From the NCBI RefSeq assembly GCF_006345805.1, contig NC_043005.1:19902001-19966000 (forward strand): a stretch of DNA of 64,000 nucleotides, written 5' to 3'. The notes beneath the pieces were generated by a model. The model was not told the DNA's origin. It worked only from the letters and a program-made list of their open reading frames with translations, and searched no databases. The stretch's first letter is position 1, and each line of letters opens with the position of its first letter. This document shows positions 27,175 to 39,979 of the stretch, piece by piece. The DNA comes from Octopus sinensis (Eukaryota). Both the position numbers and the translations under genes were made by a program.

Positions 27175-27356
27175 CAGTTCTGATACTCGTAGCAGACGAT
27201 TCTCGCCTGTCAACAATAAAAATGTGTGTATGCATCAATATGAGAGGTCCTCTCAAGGCAAATAACGCAATATTCAACGCCCTAACAATACATCCACGTT
27301 AAGTTGGATAGAACGATTGCCCTTTTAGTATTAATACTCCTTCGGTCGCTAATAAT

Positions 27357-27397
<41 letters not shown>

Positions 27398-27899
27398 AAG
27401 AACCACTTCGTATGTATATTTGCTACATTTGTAAGGAATCGTTTATGCCACGTTGTTACAGTCGTATTTCTTTTTCCATGATGTTACCAGCTGTTATATA
27501 TTTAGTGCTTAAAGGAGTGTCTTTTAATAGCGGTTGGTGATGTGATGCCACCGAAACATCTAGAATTCCGGCTAGATGACTCGTGATTCCATATTTTTTT
27601 TTTTTTTGTGTAGTATTTTTGAGATCCATTTTCCCCCATTTCTTTCATTTGCGTAGCTCTAAAGCAGTGCTTTTCTATGTAGATGCTACTACCCTCTGGG
27701 GCGGTGGAAAATTCTATAAGGGTACTGGAAACAAAAGGGGTGATGGAGAAAGATTGACGCATATGTACAGTTTATTTGGTTTTTGTCTCCTCTTTAATTG
27801 TATTAATGCATTTTATTCATTAGCCGCTGAAGAGGTGAAAAGCCACCAAAACATTTAAATATCTCGAAAAGTAACTTGGAGTAAATATTTCATATATTT

Positions 27900-28700
27900 T
27901 TATGTGGAATATCTGAGGTTTACTTTTCTATTTGTTTAATTCACAATTTCATAAAATCGTTGAGCCGACTACCTAGTGAGTCTCACTAGTAGGATGCCAC
28001 ATGCTGCAAGATACACTAGCTTATATCAAACGTAATTGAATGGGTTTCTTTCTGAAAAACCAAATGTACCAGGACAAACTTGTCGAAAGTTGTTTCTCTG
28101 AATGCGTGAAGAAGTGAAAATGCCCATAAAAGAGTATTTCAAATTTTCCTTTCTTATGAATTCCGTATAAGTTTTAAATACATTACTGTTGACTATTTGT
28201 ATCTTAATGTGACAAGACAATGCTTTCGAAAAGCTACTGCAGCTATTACAGGTAAGCGAAGCAATGTAATTATAGAAGAGAGATACGACATTAGCGTTGT
28301 GGACGAGTTTTTTCTTGCGCCGAAGTGGTTGATTCAGTCAGGAAAACTTTGTTTACAGCAAGGATAACTAACTAGTTTTTGACACTGATTTTGCTAAGGA
28401 TCTTTGCATATCTATGGTTTGACAAGAACTGAAAAGAAATGAAAGTTTAAACATTTGCTTGCAATATTTGTTCCATGTAAAAATGGGCTCAGGGTTTACT
28501 GGCTAATTATTCCTAATTCAACTTGAATTTTAAGTCACTCGTAAATTTTGGTTTGTGATCTCTAAGAGCAGGTCATGGTGAATGAAGGGCTAAATATCCT
28601 ACTTTGTCATGTATATTAAGGTTATTAGCTGTATCTTTAGTATCTAGGTTAAAAGAGTTGTATATATTGGTGCCAGAGGTATTGTAAATATTAGTGCTGC
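27900..28700 (-). pseudogene. Heavily decayed Penelope-like RT/GIY-YIG remnant
   Basis: Hand translations LRDHKPKFTSDLKFKLN (cf. PLE LKDHKPNF..P..RLIN) and HFHFFTHSEKQLSTSLSWYIW (cf. H..SF.H....ST.LS.YIW). Confidence 0.5.
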
Positions 28701-29429
28701 TATTGGATAATTCTCTCGTTACTGTCTTTGTTTCTTCTATAAAAGACTTTGGTCACCAATACATGTAGCCATTTTTTATTATAAAAAGCTGTTAAATGCA
28801 TGTTTAAAGAGCTTTGGACGCTGTTGTAGACTGAGTAGTAACTCTCATTATCAGACTGAGGAAATCTGTTTCGAATGACATAATTTTTTTTCTTTTTTTT
28901 TTTCTTGATTTAATTCCAAATATTCTGTCTGCATGATTTCGAAGAATGCAATTGTCGATAAAATGAATATGTCATCATTTTCTTTTTATAAAATCTTTCG
29001 TTTTTCTGATTAAACTTTGCGGGTTCCTTTTTCTTCTTTTTTTGATGGGATAGAGATATATTTGGTGAATCCGTTTTTCTACAGTACTCAACAACAAAAT
29101 TTAGCAATATGTAAGCACTTGAAGGTATTTTCATCGCTACATTTTCACCTTCTCTCGACTTAACAGTTATTTTGCTTTTTCTCAAGAAAGCAATAGGATG
29201 TTTTCACATTGGAAGCAATCTAAGTTTCAAGTATTCTTATTTACGCTGTTATATATACATATACAAGCATACACATCAGTGCGTCTACATGTGAAACTCA
29301 GAGTAACAAGAGACTGACTCGGCCAAAATAATACACGCGTGTGTGTGTAGATATGCATGTGTATATATACATACATACATACATACATATATATATATAT
29401 ATATTATATATATATATATAATATATATA

Positions 29430-29501
<72 letters not shown>

Positions 29502-29699
29502 CGAGCATAATGCCCCACTCCGTCCAATGGACGGCACTGAATTTTCAAACATTTAAACCAAATTTTCTCAAAACAACTTGTCCGACAGTCCCATAGGCCT
29601 CCCCTTTGAGAAACACTGATTGAACCTAAATTTGGGACACCAGCAAAAGAAGAAATAAAGATAGACTTTTTTTTACTATTCCAAAGAAAAACGATTTTA

Positions 29700-30175
29700 T
29701 TCACACAAATATGCAACCGAAGAGTTTAAAGTACCAGTAATGATAAGTCTGTTGACTGGGGAACAAAAACATGGTTTAAACTGTAAGCTTGGCAGGAAAG
29801 AAACGTTTGAAGAAAATATCTCTTTTGCATCTTACTTTTTTGGTCTCTTAAATATACTGCATTTTGAGGCATTATTTCAAGCCAGCCGGCTTTTTTATTT
29901 TTTGGCGCAAACTGCACTTGCATTTTTCTCGCGTACGCGTAGTATCGATCGCAACAGCTGATGTACTTGCGTGTACAAATGCACATTCCCACGGCTTTAT
30001 CGATCGCTTTCTCGCCTGGAATCGATTTTTGTAATTTTTTTCAAGACTTATACACGCCCTGATACCGTCGGTATCTACGTATAAAACTTGAGCGCAATCG
30101 GATGGAGGATGACCGAGATCCTAGAAGACCCACACAGACAGACAGAACGGATTTTATATAATATAAGTACATATA
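29700..30175 (-). mobile_element. Non-autonomous element, possibly Helitron/Helentron-like (DINE/HINE type)
   Basis: Minus strand begins tatataaaatccgtt-(ctgt)n...catccgattgcgctcaa, resembling the subTIR + microsatellite + IR layout; 3' end not resolved. Confidence 0.35.
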
Positions 30176-30287
30176 TATATATATATATATATACATGCAT
30201 GTATACATATGTACATATATATATGTACACATACATATATATATACACATACACACACATACCTACAGACACACACACACACATGTA

Positions 30288-30940
30288 TTTTCGGATTGGC
30301 CATATAAACACACATGCCAGTCGTTTGTACAGATTCTTTCTCTTTTCCACATATTTTTTCGTCACATTATATCTGTAACCTTTCCAATGGGTACAGATTT
30401 TTCAAATGATTATATAGATTTTCTAACTGAACTGCTTGTGCTGTGTTACAACTCAATGGATTGCGTGTGAACTGATATTTTTATTTATTTATTTATTTTA
30501 TTACATTTCCTTTCGTTGCTGGATTGGCATTAGCTGATTTCAGTCTTATTGTATCCTTGTTCTGGTTAAAGAGCTTTGTTGTACAATTTTTGTATTGAGC
30601 GTGCAGGGGTGGTCAGAACCTGTTTCCTGTATTTGTACAGCCTTTGCAATCAGTCTTGATGTTAGGCATTTTGGATGTCTAGACAAGTTTTATTTCAACT
30701 TTTTATTCGGAGGCTACTTTAATTTCATTGAATTCTCACTAGTGTTCAGCAGTCCTTTTAATTATACTGCAGGTGATTTCTCCTGTAGTGGTATCCTACA
30801 TTATCTTTCCATGCAAATTCTATACAGCATTTCTAATTTTGCTCATCCAACCCACCGATAAACTACAAAATAATGAGATATTTCAAAAGTATAAAAATAT
30901 TGGTTGCAACACTTGGTTTCAGATCAAAATTCCTGCAAGA

Positions 30941-30972
<32 letters not shown>

Positions 30973-31115
30973 TTACATGTACATTTGGATACCGTATATA
31001 CCACTCGCCAGTTAAATTTTGTTTATACTTCCTCTTTTCCAACTATTTTTTCGTTACAGAATATCTGTAATCTTTACAATGGGTACGGATTTTTCAAATA
31101 ATTATATAAATTTTA
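30288..31115 (-). mobile_element. Penelope-like remnant with ~140-bp diverged direct terminal repeats
   Basis: Direct repeats at ~30288-30430 and ~30985-31115 (atatctgtaa.cttt.caatgggtac.gatttt.caaat). Interior minus-strand translations TTGEITCSIIKRTAEH and RLIAKAVQIQ..TLN resemble GIY-YIG. Confidence 0.5.
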
Positions 31116-32963
31116 CAAGTATGTATGTATGTATGTATGTTTATGTCAGGTCACTTTCGAGTGCTACTGGTAACATGTAACCCAGTACAACCTGTTGCAT
31201 GGTCGGGCCGTCGGCGACTAAACCGGCAACCCCACCAAGCTTGCTTGGTGAGGACGGTGTTTATTGGACACCCTGCGGGATGAAAAACAAAACCCGTCAA
31301 AGGGCGGAGGAACTCTTGAGAGTCAACGGCCATCCAATAAATGTGTAATTTTTTTTTCTTAAGGCTTAAGGTTGTATCATGCGCGGGGACATAGAAATAA
31401 TCGGACTGAATACCCGATCGCGCGGTTAAACCATTGGAAGTGAAGGACTCCTAGCCTTTGTTAGGGCATCCTTCTAGAAGGTAACTGGGTTAACTCCGAC
31501 ATAAAACCTGCGGCTCAGTGGTTACCAATGATGTTGACTTGTTCTTCTTTTCGGATTATGGCTGCTGTTGCTTAGTGAGTGGGATCGACTCAGTGCACAG
31601 CCTTTCCTCACTTTAAAAAAAATCTTCTTGCACAGGCATTGCACGATAACATCATTGTGATTGTTGATTGTGCTGTGAGTCTCAGCTGAATGGCTGGCTG
31701 TAGCCTTAAAAAGCAAATAAAAGTCACATTCGATCACAGCACCAATAACAGTTAAGCTTCGTGCAATGGCCATACTCGATAACGAGGGGGCAGCCATCAT
31801 GTATGTATGTATGTATGTATGTATATGTATGTATGTATGTATGTCAACAGGTGAGATTCGAAGAATCTCAGTGTAGAAGACACTTTGTATCTCTCAAATG
31901 ATTCAGACCTAGTCTCTGATGTCTTTACGGGGGATCAATTCTGCGGGGGTAAAGAATGGCTATTAGAGGGATCAAATCGAGCAAATATAGAGGCAACTAT
32001 GCAGATAAACAAATTAAGTATATTAAATATAACAGCCTGGGTATGAAATATAAAATATGTATATATGTATATATATGCAAAACGAGAGAAAGCAAAAGAT
32101 GGAGGCTTTCAGATAACGAGTATTTAAGTATAAATACATGGATATTTATATTAATAGATCCAACTTAGACGTAGTACAAACGACAGAGAAAATTAATAGG
32201 GAGGAATAAGGTGTTTTAAGTCCAACAGCTTTTTCTGGGGGCTCAGAGATCCGTTATAATGTTGGTAGATGTCGCTCATCACATTATGCAGGCCATAATT
32301 GAAGCAATCAACATTGGATAAATCGAGTCTTCGTCATCAAGGTAAATATCTTAGATTTTACATTTCAGATCATGATGCAGAGAAGTTCAAAGGAAGAATC
32401 AACCAATGCTGAATGCTCCCATTACAGTCTGCATATTGTGATGAACTACATCCACAAGCATTAAACAGCTGTTCGACTTATAACATCTTCCTTCTTCCCC
32501 TTCAATTTTTTTCTGTCGTTTGTACTCTGTGTAAGTTGGATCTAGTGATATAAATATCTATGTATTTATACTTAAATATTCACCGTCTGAAAGTCTTCAC
32601 TCTTTGCTTTCACTCGTTTTGCATGTTCACATATATACATATTTTGCATTTCATACCCAAGCTGTTATGTGAATATATGCATAATTTGTTTAACCGCATA
32701 ATTGCCTATATATATATATATATATATCAAATGTGAGGATAAAATTATTTTCTCGAAAAAAATGTTATCAATGGCCAGCATATTAAAAAATACCTTTAAC
32801 GGTTAAATTTATAAACAATTCATAAATGAGGGCAAAGGAAAAAAAATTCTAATGCCAAATATGCCGAAAAATTGGACATATTGTCCATTAACCATATAAT
32901 TTTTTCACAATACGCACGCTACTCGAAAAAAGGTCGACAGAAATTTCTAAAAAATTCCATTAT

Positions 32964-33021
32964 TACCATATCGGACCGATTTCAGAGTTAGCTACTAAGA
33001 GCCCTCTCTTCGTCAGTGATA
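32964..33021 (-). ncRNA. Type I hammerhead ribozyme, intact core
   Basis: Reverse complement of 33393-33450, identical across the motif. Confidence 0.82.
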
Positions 33022-33392
33022 CATGTGGCAGAAGAAATAAATGAGATACTTACTCATACCCATGGAAGAAGCAAAAACTAAGTCATGGGCACAACTAAGT
33101 ACCCCAAATACATCCAAAATAGAAATACTCCAGCCCATTCGAGGCACAAAATTTTTTTCGAGAAAATTTTTTTTTTCGAAAAGAATTTTATCCTCACATT
33201 TGATATAAATTTAAGCGTTCACTTCCGAACTAATTCACTCTGTGAGAGCCTCAGTTCAAATCGCACGTGCCTCGATTGGGCTGGAGTATTTCTATTTTGG
33301 ATGTATTTGGGATACTTAGTTGTGCCCATGACTTAGTTTTTGCTTCTTCCATGGGTATGAGTAAGTATCTCATTTATTTCTTCTGCCACATG

Positions 33393-33450
33393 TATCACTG
33401 ACGAAGAGAGGGCTCTTAGTAGCTAACTCTGAAATCGGTCCGATATGGTA
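33393..33450 (+). ncRNA. Type I hammerhead ribozyme, intact core
   Basis: tatca CTGACGA agag agggctcttagtagctaa ctct GAAA tcggtccga TA tggta. Stem I tatca/tggta, stem II agag/ctct, near-palindromic stem III atcggtccgat, cleavage after 33445 (AUA). Confidence 0.82.
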
Positions 33451-33680
33451 ATAATGGAATTTTTTAGAAATTTCTGTCGACCTTTTTTGGAGTAGCGTGC
33501 GTACTGTGAAAAAATTATATGGTTAATGGACAATATGTCCAATTTTCGGCATATTTGGCATTAGAATTTTTTTCCTTTGCCGTCATTTATGAATTATATA
33601 TATATAAATAAACAAAAGACGAAGGCAGGTGGTGTACAAACAAACAAATGTATTAGTATAGCGCTCAGGAATAGAAAAAG

Positions 33681-33718
33681 TCTTTTACGTTTCGAGCCTA
33701 CGCTCTTCGACAGAAAGA
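33681..33718 (-). ncRNA. Ultra-short hammerhead-like variant (no intramolecular stem III)
   Basis: Minus strand: tcttt CTGTCGA a gagc gtag gctc GAAAC GTA aaaga. Stem I 5 bp, stem II 4 bp, ACGU palindrome for dimer pairing; A6U change and one extra A. Confidence 0.55.
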
Positions 33719-33780
33719 TACACAGAAAAAAACAAGGAGAGAAAAAAAAATGTATGTAGTAGCTAACGATCTATCATGGC

Positions 33781-33824
<44 letters not shown>

Positions 33825-33837
33825 TGCACTTCCAGAA

Positions 33838-34110
33838 ATGTTATCTACTGCATTTCCTGATGTTATCTACTGTACTTCCCTGTGCATTAATAAAACGGGA
33901 CACTGCTTAGCCGACTGGTTCACTGAGCACCTCCGTGACATCGAGACATCAGACTCGGCAATGACGCCTGGGTCTCGCACCACTTCCGCTCCAGCTGTCA
34001 ATCGCTACACCATCTGTCTGTGTTCTGACTGTCTTTGCACAATGGCCACCCGGACACCCGCCTCTGCCTTGAACAGGTAGTAATTTTTTCTCTTCATTTC
34101 TTTGTTCTTT
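33838..34110 (+). pseudogene. Penelope-like GIY-YIG endonuclease remnant
   Basis: DVIYC.SLC..KTGHCLADWFTEHLRDIE; alternate frame VSHHFRSSCQSLHHLSV...HPDTRLCLEQVVIFSL. Confidence 0.7.
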
Positions 34111-34589
34111 ATGACCTTAATTCGCCACCTCTCTTCATCTAGCACCAACCCCACACATATTCCCACATAACTCCCACCTTTAACTGCCCCTCCACTCCCA
34201 TCCCTGTACACCGACAAACTCAGTACCATCTCCACACACACACCATTATACAACCACCCATATATATACTGTTCAATTCAGTACTCACAGACACACACAC
34301 ACAAACATGCACTCATACACACCTTTCCACTCCACACACACTAGCACCCAACACCTCCCAGTACCCACACTACACACCATTATGCACACACCCACACACA
34401 CACACTTCAATATTTTCACTGCACTCACCATTATACGAACACCCATGCACACTGTTCAACTCAGTACCCACACCATACATCCTTATGCACACTCCTACAC
34501 ACACTCACATGCATATGCATGCATCCACTTGTACCCAATCCCTAACTCTCGTCCCCCTATCCCCCCTCGAACCTCTGTGCATTTCCTCA

Positions 34590-34880
34590 CAGCATATACT
34601 TGGTTGCGGGTCTCCCAGAACGTTCGTCAATATCGACGTTTTTCGGCCATCTTGGAAACGTCTGAACCACTCGTACACTTGTGTGTTCCTCCTACACTCC
34701 TCTCCATACACTTTCTGCAACTTTATGTAGGCCCCTGAGCAAGTATCGGCATGACAACTTCCTCTGCCATGGTCAATGCGACGATCACACGCTACACACT
34801 TTCCTTCCAAGCACTGTTGTAAACATTGGAAATGAGCCAGAACGTTAAAAGTTAGTGCATATGCACATCAGAGTTCAAGG
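34590..34880 (-). mobile_element. Mariner 5' fragment (HTH region)
   Basis: AYIKLQKVYGEEC...TQVYEWFRRFQDGRK(N)VDIDERSGRPATS across a frameshift. Confidence 0.75.
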
Positions 34881-34995
34881 TTAATTTTTTGTCACGTGGC
34901 TCTACTCTGTGTTCTAAAGCTTCGTTACTATAGCAACTGTTACAGATACTTATTGATCAGACCTCGTATGTATGTAAATATACATTTATATATAT

Positions 34996-35041
<46 letters not shown>

Positions 35042-35055
35042 ATATATACATATAA

Positions 35056-35088
<33 letters not shown>

Positions 35089-35128
35089 GTATATATGTAT
35101 GTACACACATATATATATATATATATAT

Positions 35129-35171
<43 letters not shown>

Positions 35172-35411
35172 GTATATGTATATGCATATGTATATATACA
35201 TATACATATATATATATGCATGTATGTATATTTCATATATATATATATATATATATGCATGTATATATATATTTTATATGTATATACACACACACATACA
35301 TATATCTATCTGTGTATAAATACTGATGTATCTATATGTATATGTACTTATATATATATATGTATATGTACTTATATATATATATATCTATATATATATT
35401 ATATATATATC

Positions 35412-35442
<31 letters not shown>

Positions 35443-35690
35443 GTATGTACACACACACACACACACCCCATATGTATGAGTATATGTTTTGTGTATGCAT
35501 GTGTGTGTGTATAATTCGTTTTAAAATTTCACCTGATGGTATATTTAACCAATGATATATATATTATATATATATACTACTAATATATATATATAGTATA
35601 TATATATATGTATATATGTATATACACACCACATACATATATCTCTATCTGTGTATAAATGCATGATGTATCTTATGTGTATATGTACTA

Positions 35691-35756
<66 letters not shown>

Positions 35757-35829
35757 TATATATATATGTATGTAATGTATGTATGTTGTATGTATGTATG
35801 TATATACATATATACACGATTTGTTTATT

Positions 35830-36769
35830 GAATATGTTTCTTGAACATTTCTGGCCTAATATCAGCTGTTATGAACAGAAGAATAATTCTAAACCCAAGG
35901 CACTTCCGTTTTTTCCCTAATGCACTGGATCTAGATTCAAATCTAGCTTCACTACTACTAATTCATTTTCATTCCACCAAACAGAAGCTCATTACAACTG
36001 GTTCTATGGATCAGAGAGTTATTTTTGTTTTCAAAGTGCATTATCTCAGGAAAAAGTTTGGCTCGTTGATTACGGCAATTAATGATAAACATCGCTCTGT
36101 TAAAGAATTTTGAACAAATTACAACAGTATACAAGCAATAAAAGTATTTAAGATGCTTCAGAAGTTAAATCTTTACATTGATCTAGGTTTGGAAAACATT
36201 AGGTCGAAATTTAGTTCAGGAAAGTCATAGGGCAGAAGTTGAAACCGTCTAAGTCAGCAATAATCTTGTACAAATGACACAGAAAATGGGATTTGGATAA
36301 AGTGCTGCAGGTTATATTCAGAATTTAGAGCATACTGATAACAAGATCCTCATCTATGAAGATTTTTAAAGAGTCAACAGAAACGCAAGTGTCTAGTTCA
36401 GATAATGAAGAAAAGATTCCTCCACAAACGGTTTTACAACAAAGCCTTGGTGATAATGTTAGTACTTTAGAACGACTTTCAAAAAACGATCAATATTTTG
36501 AACGAAGCATGAAAGCTAAATTATAGGCAATGCTAGCATGAATTGTTATTGGGAAGAATTAGAGTTTCATAAAAAGAAGCACAGCAGCCAACACCTGATA
36601 CATCTTGTGTTATACAAATAAAACTCTGACTGAATCAGCAGTACCGTATATATTTTACTTTTTCGTACATTTTAGTCGCACAAACTAAAGAAAGGGTAAG
36701 TACATTTTTTTATTGAGTTACTTCGTTGTGTTCAAAAGATTTTTCTCTGCATAAATTCGGAGCCTACTG
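35830..36769 (+). mobile_element. pogo/Tigger-like transposon 3' remnant
   Basis: FIPPNRSSL..MDQRVIFVFKVHYLRKKFGSLITAINDK..VKEF*TNYN (cf. LPPNTTSLLQPMDQGVI..FKAYYLR); ends cctactg followed by TA. Confidence 0.7.
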
Positions 36770-36789
36770 TATTTTAAATGCGTGTATAT

Positions 36790-36832
<43 letters not shown>

Positions 36833-37108
36833 TTCATTTATTATTTTTTCAATAATGAACGAACTTATCTGTATAAAAAAAACTATCTGTTATCTTCTTC
36901 TGATAAAGAAGCGTCTAGAAGCAAAATAAAAAGGCAGAACATATTAAATTCGTTAATTGAGGCACTTTGTGTGTGTGTACTTGTGTGTGTGTGCGCGCGC
37001 ACACACACACACACACACACATATATGTATGAATGTATATGTTTGTGTGTATGCATGTCTGTGTGTATAATTCGTTTTAAAATTTCACCTGATGGTATAT
37101 TTAACCAA

Positions 37109-37175
<67 letters not shown>

Positions 37176-37259
37176 CTACAATATAGGATGAAGTTTTTTT
37201 ACAGAAAAAAATTCCATCAAAAAATGTGGCAGCATATTAAAATACCTTTAAGGTTAAAA

Positions 37260-37393
37260 TTATAAATAAGGGCTAAAGAAATTTTTCTATGCCAATATGC
37301 TGATAAGAGACTTTTAAATCGTCAATTGACGATTTAAAAGTCTGTTATCAGCATATTGAGATAGAAATAATTTCCTTTAGCCCTTATTTATAA
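37260..37393. repeat. Spacer-less imperfect palindrome (67-bp arms, 36-bp perfect core)
   Basis: agacttttaaatcgtcaa|ttgacgatttaaaagtct at 37308-37343; arm sequence homologous to the 32770-32870 end of the foldback family. Confidence 0.9.
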
Positions 37394-37707
37394 GTTGTAT
37401 ATATGTATATATATATATATAGGACTGAAGAACCAGGACCACAATTACTACTACTTCCTGTCCTGCAAACATGCTGAATTTAACAACACAACACAACACA
37501 TGCTCTTAATCCCTTTGGATCTTAACACCTCAAGGTAATTTTTTCGTAAACAACCATAAAACTCAAGATACACAACGAACTCACAATGTATCGGAGAACT
37601 TATTTTTTAATTTTTGTACATTTTTATCATTATTCTTTTACAAAAAACAAAGCAATTTTCTTTTTTTCCCCTTTCTAATTTTTAAAAAAACTTTTTTAAT
37701 ACATAAA

Positions 37708-37748
37708 TGTTCTTGACAAGTCATACAATGACGAAAACCGGTTGAATA
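37708..37748 (+). ncRNA. Degenerate type I hammerhead (C3U, G8A)
   Basis: tgttc TTGACAA gtca tacaa tgac GAAAA ccg GTT gaata. Stems I and II pair, accggt palindrome; two core transitions. Confidence 0.5.
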
Positions 37749-37839
37749 AATATATATTTATATATTTTATCAATTTCACATTTTATTAAAATTTTCTTTC
37801 ATTTGAGCATTCTGCATTTTTAAAAAAAATTTTTCCTTA

Positions 37840-37920
<81 letters not shown>

Positions 37921-39138
37921 TCATGGTTGTTTGTTAAAAAAGAGCGATTCACCCCGATGCCTATAAATGAAATTTGGGACACGAGAATTGTAAGAAGTCC
38001 TGTCTCACATAAACACACATTTTATTTTCAATTATTTTAACAAGATAGAGCAGCGCGCACATCAAACTAATTCTCTCGCTCTTGCACATGACCAGTGACC
38101 AAATGAAATCAAAACAGCTGAGCACGTATGAAAATTCAGGAGATTGCTAAAGAGGCTCAATAAATTCTCAGCACTTACAGAACCATCTAAAGTGGTGTGT
38201 ATCCTAGCCATGAAATACCATTCCAGATGTTTGCTCTGAGTCATGGTTTTTATCTCAGCGTGACATTATGTCACTGCCTGCACCAGTTACCTCTAACTTC
38301 GAAGATGTGGAGACGAAGATTTCATATTTCATCCATGCCTCATTTGAATGAAATGAATATATGCTGTTCAACATGAACACGCATGTTTAATGTTCGTATG
38401 AACACATTATTGGATGAGTTCGTATATCATTTGACAAGTTTTATTTTCCGTCCTCCAATGTGTGCAATATCACATTCCTCGCTAGCATGCTCTGTGGGGT
38501 TTCAGGGTCTTGTGGCCGACGATCCAACACTGGATTACGCTTTATAAGGGCACTCACGAATGACCTGACACAATATAACACACACATACATGTCGCACCG
38601 CACGCACGCACGCACACACACACACACACACAACACACACACACACATACACACGTGCACATGTGCTCACACACACACACGTGCACACGTTCTCACACAG
38701 ACATATGCACACATAGGTATACATCTATATGTTTATGTATAGAAGTGGTGTATACGCATGCATATATAAATAGATATACGTATATATGTATGTCATTTTA
38801 CTTTATCATATTTCCTTTTTGGCTCTATAATAGTAAGAATGTGTGTAAGATGTGTGTGTGTTGTGTGTAGTGTTGTGTGTGTATGTGTGTGTGTTTGTTT
38901 GTATGTACACACGTGTATATGGGTACATGTGTGGATATATAAAAACATACACTACATTGCATGTGGGTTAGAGTCTCAACTTAGCATGTATTAATACTGA
39001 TATACACTATAAAAATAGAAAGAATATTAGTGAGATATAATAAAATATATATATATAGTAGTAGTAGTAGTAGTAGTAGTTTAGTAGTAGTAGTAGTAGT
39101 AGTAGTAGTTGCAGCAGCAGCAGCAGCAGCAGCAGTAG

Positions 39139-39171
<33 letters not shown>

Positions 39172-39176
<5 letters not shown>

Positions 39177-39883
39177 TCAGTCAGTATTTTAGTTTTATTT
39201 TTATAGCGTGCTTTCACTTCACTACCGAGCGCAGCTCTGTGCCTTGGGTATGTGCTGTGATTTGTTGTGATGCTCTGGTGGTTATTTGTATGGAAAGTGT
39301 TCTGCGTAGTGATGTGTTGCAGTGCCTAGTAGTGTGCAATTTTCTGTATTTATATGTGTTTGTAAGTCCTGGTGTTTTTTTTATGTATTTGTCTGAATAT
39401 TTTTTTATCATGCCTAATGCACCTACTATGATAGGAATTGTTTCTGTTTTCAGATTCCACATTCTAGTTACCTCTATTTCCAGGTCTTTGTATTTTGAGA
39501 GTTTCTCCATTTCTTTTAGAGACACGTTGTCATCTGTCGGTACTGATACATCAATTAGAAAGCATTTTTTTTCTTCATGGTCTCTGACACTATATCTGGT
39601 CTGTTGGCCTTAATTTCTCTATCTGTGTGTATCGGCATATCACAGAGTATGGTTGCTTTCTCGTTTTCTGTGACCTTTTCTGGTGTGTGCCTATACCATC
39701 TTTTTTCTGTTGTTATTCCATAATGTTGGCATAGCTTCCAATGTATGTAAGTTCCAACTCTGTCATGTCTGTTGGTCTGTTGGCCTTAATTTCTCTATCT
39801 GTGTGTATCGGCATATCCCAGAGTATGGTTGCTTTCTCGTTTTCTGTGACCTTTTCTGGTGTGTGCCTATACCATCTTTTTTT

Positions 39884-39885
<2 letters not shown>
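39172..39885 (-). mobile_element. R4/Dong-like RLE LINE 3' fragment with ~110-bp internal duplication
   Basis: EKLSKYKDLEIEVTRMWNLKTETIPIIVGALGMIKK; 39597-39706 repeated at 39773-39885; (TAA)n on both flanks. Confidence 0.8.
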
Positions 39886-39978
<93 letters not shown>

Positions 39979-39979
39979 A

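Larger units (their letters stand above)
32726..33595. mobile_element. Foldback element: ~330-bp near-perfect inverted arms (32817-33147 / 33267-33595), each with a hammerhead
   Basis: Arms differ at about 7 positions by eye; the 119-bp spacer contains an inverted copy of 32726-32760. Confidence 0.85.

Noticed and set aside
38441-38600. Short minus-strand peptide ...RNPVLDRRPQDPETPQSMLARNVILHTLEDGK* as a terminal exon
   Set aside because: No recognisable family and it runs into a CA microsatellite; needs transcript evidence.
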